A DNA stretch of 63,098 nucleotides, counting the filler. It is 12 parts of 12 records of this genome, joined end to end, with 100 filler letters (N's around TTAATTAATTAA, not from the genome) between each part and the next. Parts side by side here need not be neighbours in the genome. Positions count along the whole stretch, not along the records: positions 32,901 to 39,299 come from SRR7504441_8781; positions 39,400 to 44,530 come from SRR7504441_8782; positions 44,631 to 49,183 come from SRR7504441_8787; positions 49,284 to 53,151 come from SRR7504441_8799; 8 more parts are not named here. One strand, written 5' to 3'. Each line of letters begins with the position of its first letter. Position 1 is the first letter of the stretch. The notes below the pieces were generated by a model. That model made no database searches. It was given only the letters and a program-made list of their open reading frames with translations, and was not told the DNA's origin. A program made the position numbers and the translations under genes. Shown piece after piece: positions 36,955-50,108 of this stretch.

Positions 36955-39110
36955 TCAGACGCTTGCCGTCATTCCGTCGCCCTCACGATCGAGCGTAGGA
37001 GTGAGCTCAGAATCGCTCAGATCGCTAAGATCATCAAGCTTATCAGGATCAGCTAGCATCGAGTTGCGTTGTGAGTGCGCTGCTTCCAGCTGCCGCTCGG
37101 CCTCCAGCCGCTTGTATTGCAGCCTGCGCCCCAGGCTGAGCCTTGTCAATCTGGCAGCCACACCGAAGCATCATCATCAACCCCGTCCCGAGCAGCCCAG
37201 CTACGAGAAGCATGATCGCCACCGGTGTAAACTGTGACCGCGCCGTGTACCAGTTGGGGGCCAATCGGATCAGTGGCGGCATCCCCAGCTGTCCGCCAGT
37301 CATGGCTGCCACGACACGGAACAGACCATGAATCCAATCCCTAGCAGCTGTCCGACTGTCATCAGGATACCAGACGAGTACCTGCACACCCGTGAGCTCG
37401 GCCAGCCCGGGCGGCTCACTCCTCAGGGATAGGATACGTACACTCGACGCCGGCCTCCAGTGCTGCACAGACTCCTCAGTAAGCCCTCTGCCAGAGTGCT
37501 GAGCGGCACCGGTTGGAAGGATCGGCATCATGAATGCACCCAGTGCCCCAAACGCCACCCCTGTGTAGATATGCCAGGTGTTCCCAGGTCTGAGCAAGAA
37601 CACGAGCGCTAGCAGCATCACGATGATGCCCACCTGCCCCAGGCTGAGCACAGCCGGTCCGCCCACGCACCAGGAGTCCCTTTAGCACGCTCTGATAGCA
37701 GTGGAACCTATCCAATAGCGGCCCAACCAGCCCCGCCGCCGCCAGCCCACTGGCGATCAGGACCGCCCCGTACACCCCCGAGTAGCTCTGGGCAGCGTCC
37801 TCATCCAACACATAGACCGGTCCACTAGCCGTCTGATGTTCTTCGTAAAACACTGCACCAGCCCAATCAGCCCGACCCCACCCGGCGACCACCCGGCCTG
37901 ATCAGCTCCTCGTCTAGCGAGAGCACTCCCGAGAACGTCCCGAATCCAATCCCGAAACTAGCCTGTGCGCTGGGCTTGCTCAAGCCCCGATCAGCACCCA
38001 CCGTGAGGAGCACAAACTGCTTGTCACTGCAGCACGCCGTCACCAGCCGGATCACCTGCTACCGCTCGGCCAATCCACAGCGAGTCGCCGCTACCTCCCT
38101 CACCGAGGCCGTCGGCTGGCTTGCTGCTAGCAAAGCGGCCTCATGCGCCGCCTCACTGGGCGGTCTGGCAGGACGGCTTTTGAAACTGGCACGATCATCA
38201 GACCCAGGGCGCGGCAGCAGGCACCTGAGCCAGATCCATAGCAGACAGGCCGCCGACATGAGCAAGTGGAGCAGCAGCAGCCACACAATCCCAGCGACAC
38301 CCGAGTGGACACACGGATGTGAGCATTTGACTAGAACCGATGGGATCACCTGCCGGCTGTCACGCGCCATGCCCGGCCGAGGGGATGCCTGGCCTATGGC
38401 GGTGCCCAGCGGGTTGGTCAGGGCGGCTATGGTGGTCACGAGGTTCTGCTCCGACGCAGCAAACCAGGTACCGGCCATCTTAGTGCCTGCAGCCTACTCA
38501 TCGGCCGGCATGCAGGCGAGGCACAAGTGTTGGTGAAAAAGGGCTGAGTGAACGCCGCCAGGCTCTGTCCCAGTAGCAGCACCGCGTACCCCGTGCTGGC
38601 CGGTGCCAGCGCCGTGCTCGCTGTCCAGCTGTTCGCCGGCCCAAGGGGCGCGGCCGCACCCAGCCGGAGCCCAGTCCCGGCGGTACAAAGCGAACCACCG
38701 ACCAGCAGGCAGCGCCGGAGCCCGTCGGGGTGCTGCAGGGTCCAGGCCGCGGCCACTGAGCCTGCCGGGCGGTCTCCCCTCCGCGCGGCGGGGGAAGCAC
38801 ACCAGGGAGATATAGCACCATGTAACTCATTGCCAGTAGGTTGACCCCCGTGTCGTCAACCCCATAGTACACCTGCCGCAGTCAGCCCTGGCCCCAACCA
38901 GCGGCGCGCCTTGGTGTCATCCGAGATTGGGCTGAAGCAGGTCCAGAGGAAGGCATTGGCGAAGTTGATCGCCGAAAAGATAGCCAGCCTGCCCGCGGCT
39001 CGCCGGCGGCCAACCGGAGCTCACATGTGCCACCGCCCGGGCACCGGCCCGACGTCAGGCGGCACCAGCCCCTCCGCCAGCCCGTCGCAGCTCAGGCGCT
39101 CCTCCGTCAT
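36955..39110 (-). CDS. MFS transporter of the FLVCR/SLC49 family, many mini-introns
   Basis: RWHML..NFANAFLWTCFSPI, VNLLAMSYMVLYL, GQSLAAFTQPFFTN, WFAASEQNLVTTIAALTNPLGTAIG. Confidence 0.85.
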
Positions 39111-39496
39111 CGCCCGAGCACGCGGGGCACTCTCTCGACGAGCACGGGAGCGCACGTGGCGCTCGTTTAAGTCTTTCCGTTACTAGGTGGTGGTGAGAGA
39201 TATGAGAGACGGGGACCCAGGCATCACGATGAGCGAGCCCCACAGTCAGCATGCTCTCCTCCTGCGTCCGCTTCCTGGTCCTGGTGCCGCTCCGACCCGN
39301 NNNNNNNNNNNNNNNNNNNNNNNNNNNNNNNNNNNNNNNNNNNTTAATTAATTAANNNNNNNNNNNNNNNNNNNNNNNNNNNNNNNNNNNNNNNNNNNNT
39401 ACTTTATTCATAGCTAATATAGATTGACTTTTTAATTACCCACACTATCGATTCTTTTCCTTCATCACTCCTTCATCATGACAGTGCAATCATGTG

Positions 39497-42400
39497 TTAG
39501 AGCTCCTCATAGTCGAGGATTACGCCGCTAGCTAACATAGTTGTGGCGCTCGAAGAGTGCGATCTCGTGGCGCTAAGGTTGGTTTGAACTGCAGTACACG
39601 TCAGCGCATACTCGTAGCAGCGGGCGTGAGTTGACCTTCTAGAATATTGGATTTGACCGGGTCTTCGGCTGACTTCATGAGGGATTCAATCAATTCCTGC
39701 AAGCAGGCCGTGTGCTCGCAGACATATTAGGGCAGCGTACCATCATTTCACTCGAGCGCAGACACTCAACCAGCCTGGAGTTGGACAGCACCTTGAGGAA
39801 AGTCGACAGCAGCAGCCAATGATCCTGGTCTTCACACGCTACGACGACTCGAACGAAGGTGACCAGCTCTTGGGCACTGTCTACTAGGCAGTCTAGCCCG
39901 GCATTTTCCACACTCTCCGGAGTCACCAAATGCATCAAGGCACAAGCCAGCCACACTTGACACTTGGCCGAACCAGCCTGGGCACATCGGTCAGCCGCGG
40001 CGTGGGTGCCTTTGGGTTGCCTGCGCGAGCGGGAGTTGCAGTAAGAGCTTGACCAGCTGCAGCTCGAGCAGCCGGCTGTGCAGCTCAGCGTGCCGACTGA
40101 CTTCAGCAAAGAACTGAGCAGCGTACATTTTGAGCTGCAGCAAGCATCGTCATTACAGGCTGGCTATGAGATCATTAGCTCACCTCGGCGGATGCCTCGG
40201 CTACACCGAGAAGTGCCCTGAGCTGGTTGAGCACCCCTTCAAATGAAACCAGCTCCTTAGCCCCCTCGAACGAGCTAGCGAGTCTTGCAAGAAGCTTGGT
40301 GGCGCTCAACTGAAGAGGACTGGAGCCTCCCGCGCTCACAGGTTCTGAGACGATTTCAATGCACACAGCAGAGATCGGTGTGCTGATCAGAGCAGAGTGA
40401 GAGCCAGCAAATGAGGCCAATGCAGAAAGCGCCTCCAGTGCGAGCTGTCTCTCCAGCGCCTCCCCCTGCACACCGTGATAAGGTACTTCAGGGGACAATG
40501 GCACAGCTCTACCTTGATCGTGTCGTCTGCGAGGCTAGCTATGGCAGGCACAAGCTCTGGGTGATTTGTGATCTGGTCACCAAATCCAGCAGCCACAAGC
40601 CACGAGAACACCTGCCAGGACTGTGATGCATCGCTATCACGGCCAGCTTATGGACCTGACAGCACCAGCTCTGGAGCTCACTATCCTCGCTGTCCAGCCG
40701 GGTGCTGAGGACATCAAGTACTCCGACCTACCCCACCCAATCAGTCCAAGAAGCCAAACGCTTCGAGGCAGACCTCGATTAGGATGGCTGCATGGTCCTT
40801 TGAATGCTCGCACAAAATGCTGATTGCCTGCATGATGTAAGCGTGTGCTTCCTCGGCTGCAGTGCTCTTGTTGGTTTGCAGTATTTTGACTAATGCAGAA
40901 GAATGCGAGCTTAACTGCTGCTGACCAGACTCGCACACAACAATGTTTCGTAGTCCTCTGGCGGCCTCACAGCTGACTGCAAGGAACGGGCTTTGAGCAA
41001 GATGCACTAGCACTCCAATGGCACCCTGCCCCACTAGGTCGGCATTGCTCTTGCTAGTCCACCTGTTGAACTAGCATTGTCCTGCAGCTCGCCGTAATCC
41101 CAAGGTCAGCTAGCGCCCGCGCCACGCCCTGCACCCAGCCATTTGCAGCACCCTTCTGGGCTATCATTACCTCAGCCTGATCTGATACACTCTCGCTGTT
41201 GCTAAGGCCGGAACCGCAGTCTACAATCAGAGCCACCACAGCAGGGTTGGCATTCAGGAGATGATGGTGCTCTTCATTACCACACACCTGTCCACAGATC
41301 GCGCCACAGAATAGCCTCGACATGCACCTCGGAGAGCGCCGCAAGTACGACTCTTTGGTGCCCAATATCCTGCCTAGCAAGCTCGGTGAGCGAGCCGACG
41401 CAATCTGATCACCGCACCCAGTCAAGCACACCAGTACCTGGGTCGGACCTGGATGGTGCAACAGAGCCACTAACGCCGTGAGGGCATAGTGACACAACTC
41501 GTCGTCCTCATCGTCAGCATCAGAAATGGCCAATGGCACCACAGCTCTCAAAGCTTTGGACCGGATCAGCGCACCTGTACCACTCTGATCATTATCTGAT
41601 CATTGAAGCATTCTGACCAGCGTGCTCGGGCTCAGTGGCCACTGCAGCGAGAGCGACCAAAGCGGCTAGTGGCACTCCCTCGCTCTCGCTCAGCGCAAGA
41701 TTCACCAGCACCCGAAGGGCACCTGCCATCCGATGCGCCGGCAAAGCAGTGAGGAGCACACCTGGCGTGCTGACCAGTCGTGCTGCACAGCCGCCTTCTT
41801 CACAAAGGATCGCAAGCACTGTGGTCACGTCCTCAGTCAGCTCAGCAGGTCGACTCTCATGGCTGCGCAGCGCTTGAACCAGAGTCTCGATCCTGCGCCA
41901 GGCCCTCAGACCAGCCTGGAGCCCGGCGAGTACCCGCCGGCCTCGGTCAGCCGCTGGTTGATCTGTGGCATGCTCCCATCCGCAATGAGCGCGGTGAGCA
42001 AGCCACAGACCTGCTGCCGCACTGGGCTGCTTGCTTGCCCAAACACCCCGACCAGCCTCTCGACCAGCCCCAGCTCGACCAACCCCGGCACCGCCTCCTG
42101 CTCCTCCGCCCGCGCGGTCAGCGCCCCGCAGATTGCCTCGGTCAGCTCGGGCAGTAGCCAGCTTTGGCCTGGCCCGGCAGTCAGCAGAGGCCGACCCGCT
42201 CGTCACCTAGCAGCGCGACCAGCCCTCCCGGCTCGGCCGTCCCCAGCTGAGAGCCAGCCAGCTGGACCAGCGCCTGTTGCAGCTGCAGTCGACTCCAGCC
42301 GTTGGCCATGTCCTGCTCAGCCGCCAGCTGCAGCAGCCCGGCCACACAGCCCTCGACCGCCCCGCTAGCCAGCATCGCCTGCTGGCTGGCGGGATGGCCG

Positions 42401-43389
42401 GCCGCCTGTTTGATCGCCCACGCCGCCATCTGGACGGTGCTATGGCCTGCGATCATCTCGACTACTCGCCTGAACAAATTGTGCACGAGTGCCACGCAGC
42501 CCGGGTGCGCACAGACCGCCACCAGCCCGCGGGCCCCGAGCTCGGGCGAGCCCCAGCACTGCTCGGCCATGTGGGCGGCCTGCTGGTGGTCAATCTTGCC
42601 GGCCTCCAGCCCGAGTTCTAGCAGCAGTGGGCCGGGCGGGCAGTCAGCCAGGCTGCGGCTCGGGTCTAGAGGCAGCCGCTTGACTAGCTGCCGCTGCTCC
42701 TCCAGCTGCCCCCGCTGCTGCCCGACCAGCTCCGCGCTGAGCCGGCTCTCGTGGTTTAGTCTGGAGAGCACACGGCCGCGTCGCTCCAGCCGGGCAGCTG
42801 CACTCGCGTGCGCAGTCCTCACCTCGGCGCAGTGCTCCTCGGCCAACGCAAGCAGCTCGATTGGCACCTGCCCCGACAAAGGCTCCGTGTCCAGCTGCCA
42901 CGCCGCCCCGACCAGCCGCGCCGCGCTCACCGCCGCCTCGGCCCGGCCCACCCACCGGCCCAGCTGGAGCACCGACCGGCGCAGCCCGGTGCTGGCCGCG
43001 TTGGTCTGGTGGTACTTGCGGCTGAGCTCCCGCACGGCCAGCGAGCACTCGCCGTTGGTGGGCGCCTGCTCCCCGGCCCCGAACAGCAGCCGGTCGGCGA
43101 AGGCCGGCCCGAGCGCCCGGGCCAGCCCGTCGCGCAGCACGGCCCCGTCCTTGCTCCGGTGGGCCAGCACCAGCTCCTCGAGCTCGCGCTGCCGGGCCTG
43201 GGCCGCCGGCTCGTCCCAGCCGATCAGCCCGAGCAGCGCCTCGCCCGCGGCCGCACGGGCCTCGGCTTTCTGAAGTCGGGCGTGCAGCCGGCGGATCTCG
43301 GCGTTCTTGCACTGGAGCAGCTCGCGGCAGTACTCGTGCAGCGCCAGCGAACGGCGCATGCTGTGGACCGGAGACAGCGTGTCCGCCAT
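39497..43389 (-). CDS. Armadillo/HEAT-repeat protein with N-terminal coiled coil, multi-exon
   Basis: Recurrent ARM-like helices (GAIGVLVHLA..EAARGLRNI; LVNLAL..ALVALAAVA); fragments joinable by mini-introns. Confidence 0.7.
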
Positions 43390-43464
43390 CGGTGCCCAGG
43401 AAGTCAGTAGAGCCCGCGGTCACCAGCTGCAGCCATCTCTCACCAACGGACGTGGCCGGTGAGA

Positions 43465-44406
43465 ATGGCCTGCGAGGAGGCAGCAGTGCACCTCGATGCA
43501 GGTGCCCAGCACGAGGAGGTGCCCGGAGTAGCCGAGGCGCTGGGCCGGCTCGGCGGGGAGGAGCAGCTGGAGGCGCTCGAGCTGCTGGACGAGCTGTGCG
43601 AGACCGACCAGGCCCGGGGCTGGCTGGCCGAGCTGGGGGGGCTTCCGGTGCTCTTCGGGCTGCTCGAGGCCGACTGCCCGGACACCCGGCGCGAGGCGGC
43701 CGGCCTGCTGTTCCGGTTCGGGTTCCGGAAGGGGATGGACCTCGACAGCCTGCTCGCGCGGCACCGGGCGGCCGGCTGGGACCCGGCGGTGCTCCGTGCG
43801 GCCCGGGAGGGGTTCGCGGCCTGCTTCAGCCAGGCCGACTACGAGCACGGCAAGCGGGTGAGCATGGGCGAGATCGACCGGTGCGGGCTGGCGGTGGGCT
43901 GCCTGGCGTACGGCGAGGCCGAGTTCGCCAGCTTCCAGCAGGTGCTCGCGGCGGCCCGGCCGGCCGCTGGGGACGTGTTCTACGACCTCGGCTCCGGGCT
44001 GGGCAAGGCGGTGGTGGCCGCGTTCCTGCTGGGCCAGTTCTCTAAGCTAGTCGGGTACGAGCTGCTGCACGATCTGGCCCAGAGCGCCGACCAGCTGCTC
44101 GACCGGTTCAGGCAGCAGGCGATCGAGCTCGGGCGCGAGCCTGGCACGATCCGGCTGGAGCAAGCCGACTTCCTGCAGGCCGACTGGTCGGACGGCGACA
44201 TCGTATACGCCAATGCCACTCGGTACGACCCGCCGCTTATGCAGGCGATCGCGGCCAAAGCCGAGCAGCTCAAGCCTGGGGCGAGGCTGGTGCTGACCAC
44301 CAACCCAATAGAATCCGAGTGCTTCTCCCTGCAACGGCGGGGGAGCAGCCGGGTGTCGTGGATGGGTGACATCCCACAGACCTTCTTTGTCTTTGTGCGC
44401 GACTAA
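43465..44406 (+). CDS. DOT1-like class I SAM-dependent methyltransferase with N-terminal ARM-like helix
   Basis: LAYGE, FYDLGSGLGK, ADFL..DWSDGDIVYAN. Confidence 0.8.
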   Translation: MACEEAAVHLDAGAQHEEVPGVAEALGRLGGEEQLEALELLDELCETDQARGWLAELGGLPVLFGLLEADCPDTRREAAGLLFRFGFRKGMDLDSLLARHRAAGWDPAVLRAAREGFAACFSQADYEHGKRVSMGEIDRCGLAVGCLAYGEAEFASFQQVLAAARPAAGDVFYDLGSGLGKAVVAAFLLGQFSKLVGYELLHDLAQSADQLLDRFRQQAIELGREPGTIRLEQADFLQADWSDGDIVYANATRYDPPLMQAIAAKAEQLKPGARLVLTTNPIESECFSLQRRGSSRVSWMGDIPQTFFVFVRD

Positions 44407-44780
44407 GCCTTAACAGCCCATATGTACTGCTCGTACTCGTACTTATACTCTATGCCATTTGCATACGTTGTATTTAGGATGAAATCCTAATACCCTCGCA
44501 CTTTAGGCTTGAGGGGCGCTAACGGTGTTANNNNNNNNNNNNNNNNNNNNNNNNNNNNNNNNNNNNNNNNNNNNTTAATTAATTAANNNNNNNNNNNNNN
44601 NNNNNNNNNNNNNNNNNNNNNNNNNNNNNNACTTGAACTAGGATCGTGCGATGCTGCCTTCAATTTGGTACTTCTTGGCATGTGTGTATCGCATGTGCTG
44701 AAGATAGCGTTATCTGAAAGTTACACATTCTGATTGCTCATCCATGCCAGTATTGTGAACCCTGTTTCTGTGTCTTAATC

Positions 44781-47700
44781 TTGGTTTGTGTCTGCAGCCA
44801 AATTGCCACCCAGTCTGTGAGATTAAAACAACAAGAGAGCGAAGAGTTGGAAAAGCGAGAGGAACTTCGTGGCCTGCAACAGACTTCTGAGGAGCTTCGT
44901 GATGGAATTTATCAGGCAGAGTTGATGCATACTGCAATTTTGCAAGATTCGCAGCTTGTCCGTAATCAGAGTGATAGATCCGCGCACCAGGTATCTTCTG
45001 ACTAGACGTTCTGCTTGTGAATTCCACCTTGTCCTTGCCCTTCTGGCTACCTGGCTGCTTTGCTCCCCTCACTGAGTGTTGCTGTTGCAGTATGCTAATC
45101 AGCTCATGCAACAGCTAACAAGGCACAAACAAGCAGGGGAGGCAGCAGGTCAACGCATGCCACACTTTACAGCTCGCATAGATCAGCACGAGAGCGAGCT
45201 AATTTCCCTTCAAGCTGAAATACAACAACTCTGCAAATCTGTCTCTGACCACGATACAGAAATGACCAGAGTAAAGAGACATGCTGTGTGCATCAACGAA
45301 TCTTTGCAGCATGGCGAGAATGCGATGGCCCAGATGATTGAAAAATCTACGGAGGTCGAGCAATTGTATGCCAGCTGTTTAGCGGACACAGACGCCGCAC
45401 TAGTTGATGCTTGCCAGATTGACGGTCATAGGAATGCAATGGCAGAGGATGTGCTTGTGCTACAAAGCGAGCTCGAATTTTTGAAGGCAGAACTGAAAAA
45501 TGAACAACACCACAAAAATGTTCGCGTTCAGACGCATGAAAGCGAACTGGACGAAGTGCAAGATCTCAAGCTTGAAAGGGATACATTAATTGCAGAGAAG
45601 TGTGAATTGAAGGAGCAGGTTGCTCAAAGGAGTGAAGACTTGGCCAATGTGCAACACCATTTGACTGCAGCACATCAAGAGCGTTTTAGCGTCGCAGAGG
45701 ACTTGGCACTCTTTCTTGCAGAACTGGACACAATTAAAGACAGAGTTGACCAAGTATCTTCCGAACTTGGTGCAGGCCTTTCGCATAAGAGGCTACTTGC
45801 CGAACAGATGGCTGACGCAATCAAGCAAGTGGAGACTCAGAAAAGAGAGGATGACCATATCAAGCACCAGCTAGAGACACACACTTCTCAGCTGAATTTG
45901 CTTAGGTCTCAGATCCAGCATTGTCAAACAAAACACTCAGCAATGTGCCAAGATATAGACCTCATTGCCAGTGAAACTAGGGCTTCTCGGGAGGCTGCTA
46001 TGGACAGCAAGTCTGACGCAATGCACGAGAAGGACCGCCTGCGTCATGACATCCAAGAACTGAAAGAGACACTACAAGCTCTAGATCTTGACAAGTGTAC
46101 TGCTGAGACGCTGCTATCAGAGCTTACATTGCACATTTCCGAGGTGCAAAGTGAAGAGAGTCTGCTGATGGAACGGATTGAAGAGGATAAAGCCAGGCTG
46201 GTATCTGCTTCCATACAATTGGAAACCAAAAAGTCTGACGTCACTGTGCTAACAGCAGAGGCCCAAGTCCTCAAGGGCGAGCTCTCTGAGTTACAGTCAC
46301 AGATGATTGCATCAGCAAATGAGAATGCACAGCTGGTCCGAGAGAAACATGTGACACAAGAGCAAACCACTAGGTTGAAAGCTCGAATGTCAGATCTTCA
46401 AAAAATTGCCACAAAAGACTCGACACAACTAGAGAACCAACAGTTAGAGCTATCTCAAATTTTGAGCCAGAAGGCATTGTTGATGGCTGAAGTCCAGGGT
46501 TTCAATGCCGAGAGAAAGACCCTGCAGCAGGCGGTCGACGTTGCGAGACAAGAAGAAAAGCAGGCAGGTGACCAACTCGTCCATAATCGTGCAATAGCTG
46601 CTGAACTTGATCTCAACGTTAAGCAACTGCGTCAAGATCATGCCGATGCCAAGCTAGTTGCTGTCACAATTGAACAGATCAAGGCAGAGCATGAAGACTG
46701 TCTTGTCATGCAAGCAACTGCCAAGACTGACCTCAAGGCACTGTATGCTGAGAAAGAGGCTCTGCGTATAGAGCTTGCTGATCTGAAGGATCGAGTGAAG
46801 GACGAAAGCGAGAGCATAAGCACCAGTCGAGTCTCTCATGCGACATTGAAATCGAAGCTCCAGGAGCTGGAAGAACAGGCGTCTCGTCAGGAATCTCGCT
46901 GTGGCCACTTGATGCAGGAAGTCGAAAGTTTTAGCAAGCAGGAGCAGAGCAAGGCGACCGAAGTCGACACTTTAGCGAAACAAATTTCATCGTCGAGGCA
47001 GGAGATGCAAGACCTAGCCAATATCATGAAAGTTGAGGCTCAGCAATTGGCAACTGTGCGAGAGGAAAAGGAGGCCCTGCGCCAGCAAATCGGCGCGCTT
47101 AAGATGCAAGTGAGAGAAGGCGAGGAGAAGACTCGAATTGTGCAGGAAGAAGCGCAGGTCCGATACCAAGAGCACAGGTCCATGTTACTATTGGAGATTG
47201 CATTGCTGGAAAACGAGAAGGAAGAACAATTCAAAGCCATGAAAAGCGCCGCTGCGAAAGCAGATCTCCAATTGCAGCGCCAGCTCAAGATGTTACAGCA
47301 GACACAACTTGCTCTTACAGAGCGGCAAGCAGAGGGCGAGTCACGTGCAATTGCAATGAAACCGTCTACAGCAGAGACGCTCACCCTGGAACGTGTTTGC
47401 AGACAAATTGTAGATCTTGAGTGTCGATACCTGAGGATGCCCAAATGGTGTAGTGATACTAGCCAGCTGGAGCACGACTTACAGAAAGCCCTTCCGGCGT
47501 CAGAGATACAGCATAGACAAGCTCTAGTGCTCCTTGAGCACCTACTTGGTATCATGCTGCGACGTCATCTTGACTCTGTTGAAATACCTGCACATGATTC
47601 CCTCACTTTCTCGCCAATTACTGAGCTCCAATTTCACGATGAAATTCAGGAGCAATCAGCTGGATTAGACCATCTAGACGAGCAGACTGCGAAGCTGCTC

Positions 47701-49183
47701 CAGAGCCAGATATCGCTTACAGACAGCATTGCTGTATCTGACCTATCCCAATCGCAAGTAGGGGAGCTTGATGGCTCGGTTGCAGCATGGACAGCAGCCT
47801 TGGGCTTGATCAAAGATGCAGAAGGCCAGAGGATTACAATGCACCAGAAGCTCCGGACGCACCATGAAAAACTGCAGGCGGAGGTGTTGCGGTTGAGGAC
47901 TCAGCTTGGACACTACCAAACGCAAGTGGCTGCGGCACAGGCTGAATTGTTTGCCTTGAAGTCTAAGCAGACAAGCTTGGAGCTGGAATCGAACCCAGTC
48001 GTTGGGTCCATAGTTAGCCCTGCAAGGAGCGTATTGCTGGCTCGTAAAGAAGAGCTTGCAGCACTAGAAGCATCTGCAGAGAACTTCAGAGAGCAGGCTG
48101 AGGGAGAAAGAACCATGCTTTTGGGCCAGGTCAAGGAGCTGAAGATGACAAAAGCCAATTTAGAGAGTAGTGTTCAACAAACAGCCTCTACGTTGAGCGG
48201 AGTAAAGGCCGGCTTAGAATTAATGTGCACAAAAAAACAGCAGCTCGAAGAGAGCATTGCACACTTGCAGTTACAAAGTGTTGACACTCAAACACCAGGT
48301 ATAAATGAGACCGAATCGCAATTGCCATTACGGGAAGAAACAGAATCGAGAGCTTGTGATTTAGGCCAGATGCGACAGGCCAGGAAAGAAGCTGGAAAAC
48401 ATAAACAAGGGGAAGAACAAGAGTGTTATGGACTACAAATCCAGATCGAAAATGCATCCCGGCGCTTACAAGAAATCCAGACTGCAATCAGAGAGCAGGA
48501 GACACAGTTCGAAGCATGCGCTTCGGATTTGCGCGCCAAACGGGTCGAATACGCTCAGAGCCTGTTAGATTTGGAGCTGTTGGATTCTGAGAGGCGTAGC
48601 TTGCAACAGAAAGTTGAACTAGCCACAAGGCAAGTTAGACAGGCTGAAATGCAGCACTTTGAGACAGGCAGCTATATGGAGAGTGAGATGGCTTCAACAA
48701 GAAAGAGACTGCTTCAAACTGCATCTGAATTAGATTGCAAAACACTGGCCCTCAAGCAAGTCGACCACGAGACATCCGTTCGCAAACAAGAGCTCGAGGG
48801 CATTGAGAATCTAATCAGAGTGGGGAGAATCACCTTGGAACAGAATGCAGTAGATGCCTCCCAGGTGCAACGCAATAAAGCAACTGTGGCTGCTGTGGAG
48901 CATGAACTTGACATAAGACAGCAAGCTGTGACAGAGTTGAAGCAGATGGAATCCGTTGGCAGAACTCGGCTGCAGGAGTACTCTCAGGAGCGCGCCATGG
49001 TCCAAGCAAAATATATAAAAGCAGAGGGCGAGCTTCAGGCATCAATCAATAAGTTACACACGCATGAAGCTGAAGCCAAGCAGAAATGTGCTTTGCAGCA
49101 AGGGAAGCTGGTCGAAATGCAGAATCGTGTCAACGAAGAGCAACGAAACATGGCTACTATCATGGCAGAAATCGATCATATAA
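44781..49183 (+). CDS. Very long coiled-coil protein (fragment, both ends truncated)
   Basis: More than 1350 aa of E/Q/L/K heptad-rich sequence with no catalytic motif. Confidence 0.75.
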
Positions 49184-49283
49184 NNNNNNNNNNNNNNNNN
49201 NNNNNNNNNNNNNNNNNNNNNNNNNNNTTAATTAATTAANNNNNNNNNNNNNNNNNNNNNNNNNNNNNNNNNNNNNNNNNNNN

Positions 49284-49965
49284 GGGGGGGGGGGCTGGCG
49301 GGGGAGCATGCTTCAACGGATGGCCAAGGGAAGCCTCCAGCTCTGCCGAGGCGGGTGCGACCCCGCCACCCGGAAGCAACTGTGCAAGACACCAACCGTC
49401 CTCCCGCTCCCCGCGGGGCCCCGGGCGCTCGTTGGGGTCAAGTCGCGGCTCATGTCGGTGGGCTGTCCGTTAATGTCCGTTGGATCACCTGCTGACGGCA
49501 GGCCACTGGGAGCAGCCCCTACCAAGAGCAGCTGGAGGTGCGGGTGGGCAACGGCGGCCGCTGGTGCGACCGCGAGCAACAGCCGGGTGGGTCCGTTGGT
49601 GTCCGTTGGCTGACTCCCGTCCAGGCTGGGTGGGTCACGGCTTCTTGCCCCGCCGCGACTGGATCGGGCGAGTCACGCCGGCGTCTAGCATGTGCGCTCC
49701 GGTGCACGAGCACACAAGGCCTATAGTCTACCATAAGGCGTGTGGGGCGCCCCCGCAAGTGGCTTTCACCTCCACCCCACCTCGCCGGCCGGGCTCGGCC
49801 CCGGTGAGTCGGGCGGTGCTGCGGGAGCGCCAGCTGCTGGCCGAGTCGGGGCCTGTCGAGATCGAGCCTGATCCGCAGTCGCAGTCGTCCCAGTTTAGCT
49901 GGGCGCGGCTCGATTACTTCAGAGGCTGGGCTGACGTGGATAGCGTGGATAAATACTTGCACTGA
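49284..49965 (+). CDS. 3' part of a hypothetical protein; two introns with CCGTT repeats (49442-49501, 49587-49624)
   Basis: Splicing gives one frame ending WARLDYFRGWADVDSVDKYLH*. Confidence 0.4.
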
Positions 49966-50108
49966 CGCGTATATGTACCCCCGCCGCTACATGCATACTA
50001 GACATAATCAATTCGTCAGTACTCCTGACCACAGTACTAGTACTCGGCGTCAGTGCTGACTCTATTTTGGTCCGCGGTGAGCCATAACGGCAAAGGAGGC
50101 GCAGCGGA

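Noticed and set aside
34147-43389. Fragmented lipase, MFS and ARM ORFs as pseudogenes or programmed frameshifts
   Set aside because: Breaks examined are resolved by ~40-nt spliceosomal introns that restore conserved motifs.
42277-44372. Long antisense and alternate-frame ORFs (also 8576..9568, 22100..22843, 53461..54165) as overlapping genes
   Set aside because: Expected shadows of GC-rich or low-complexity coding strands; no recognisable motifs.
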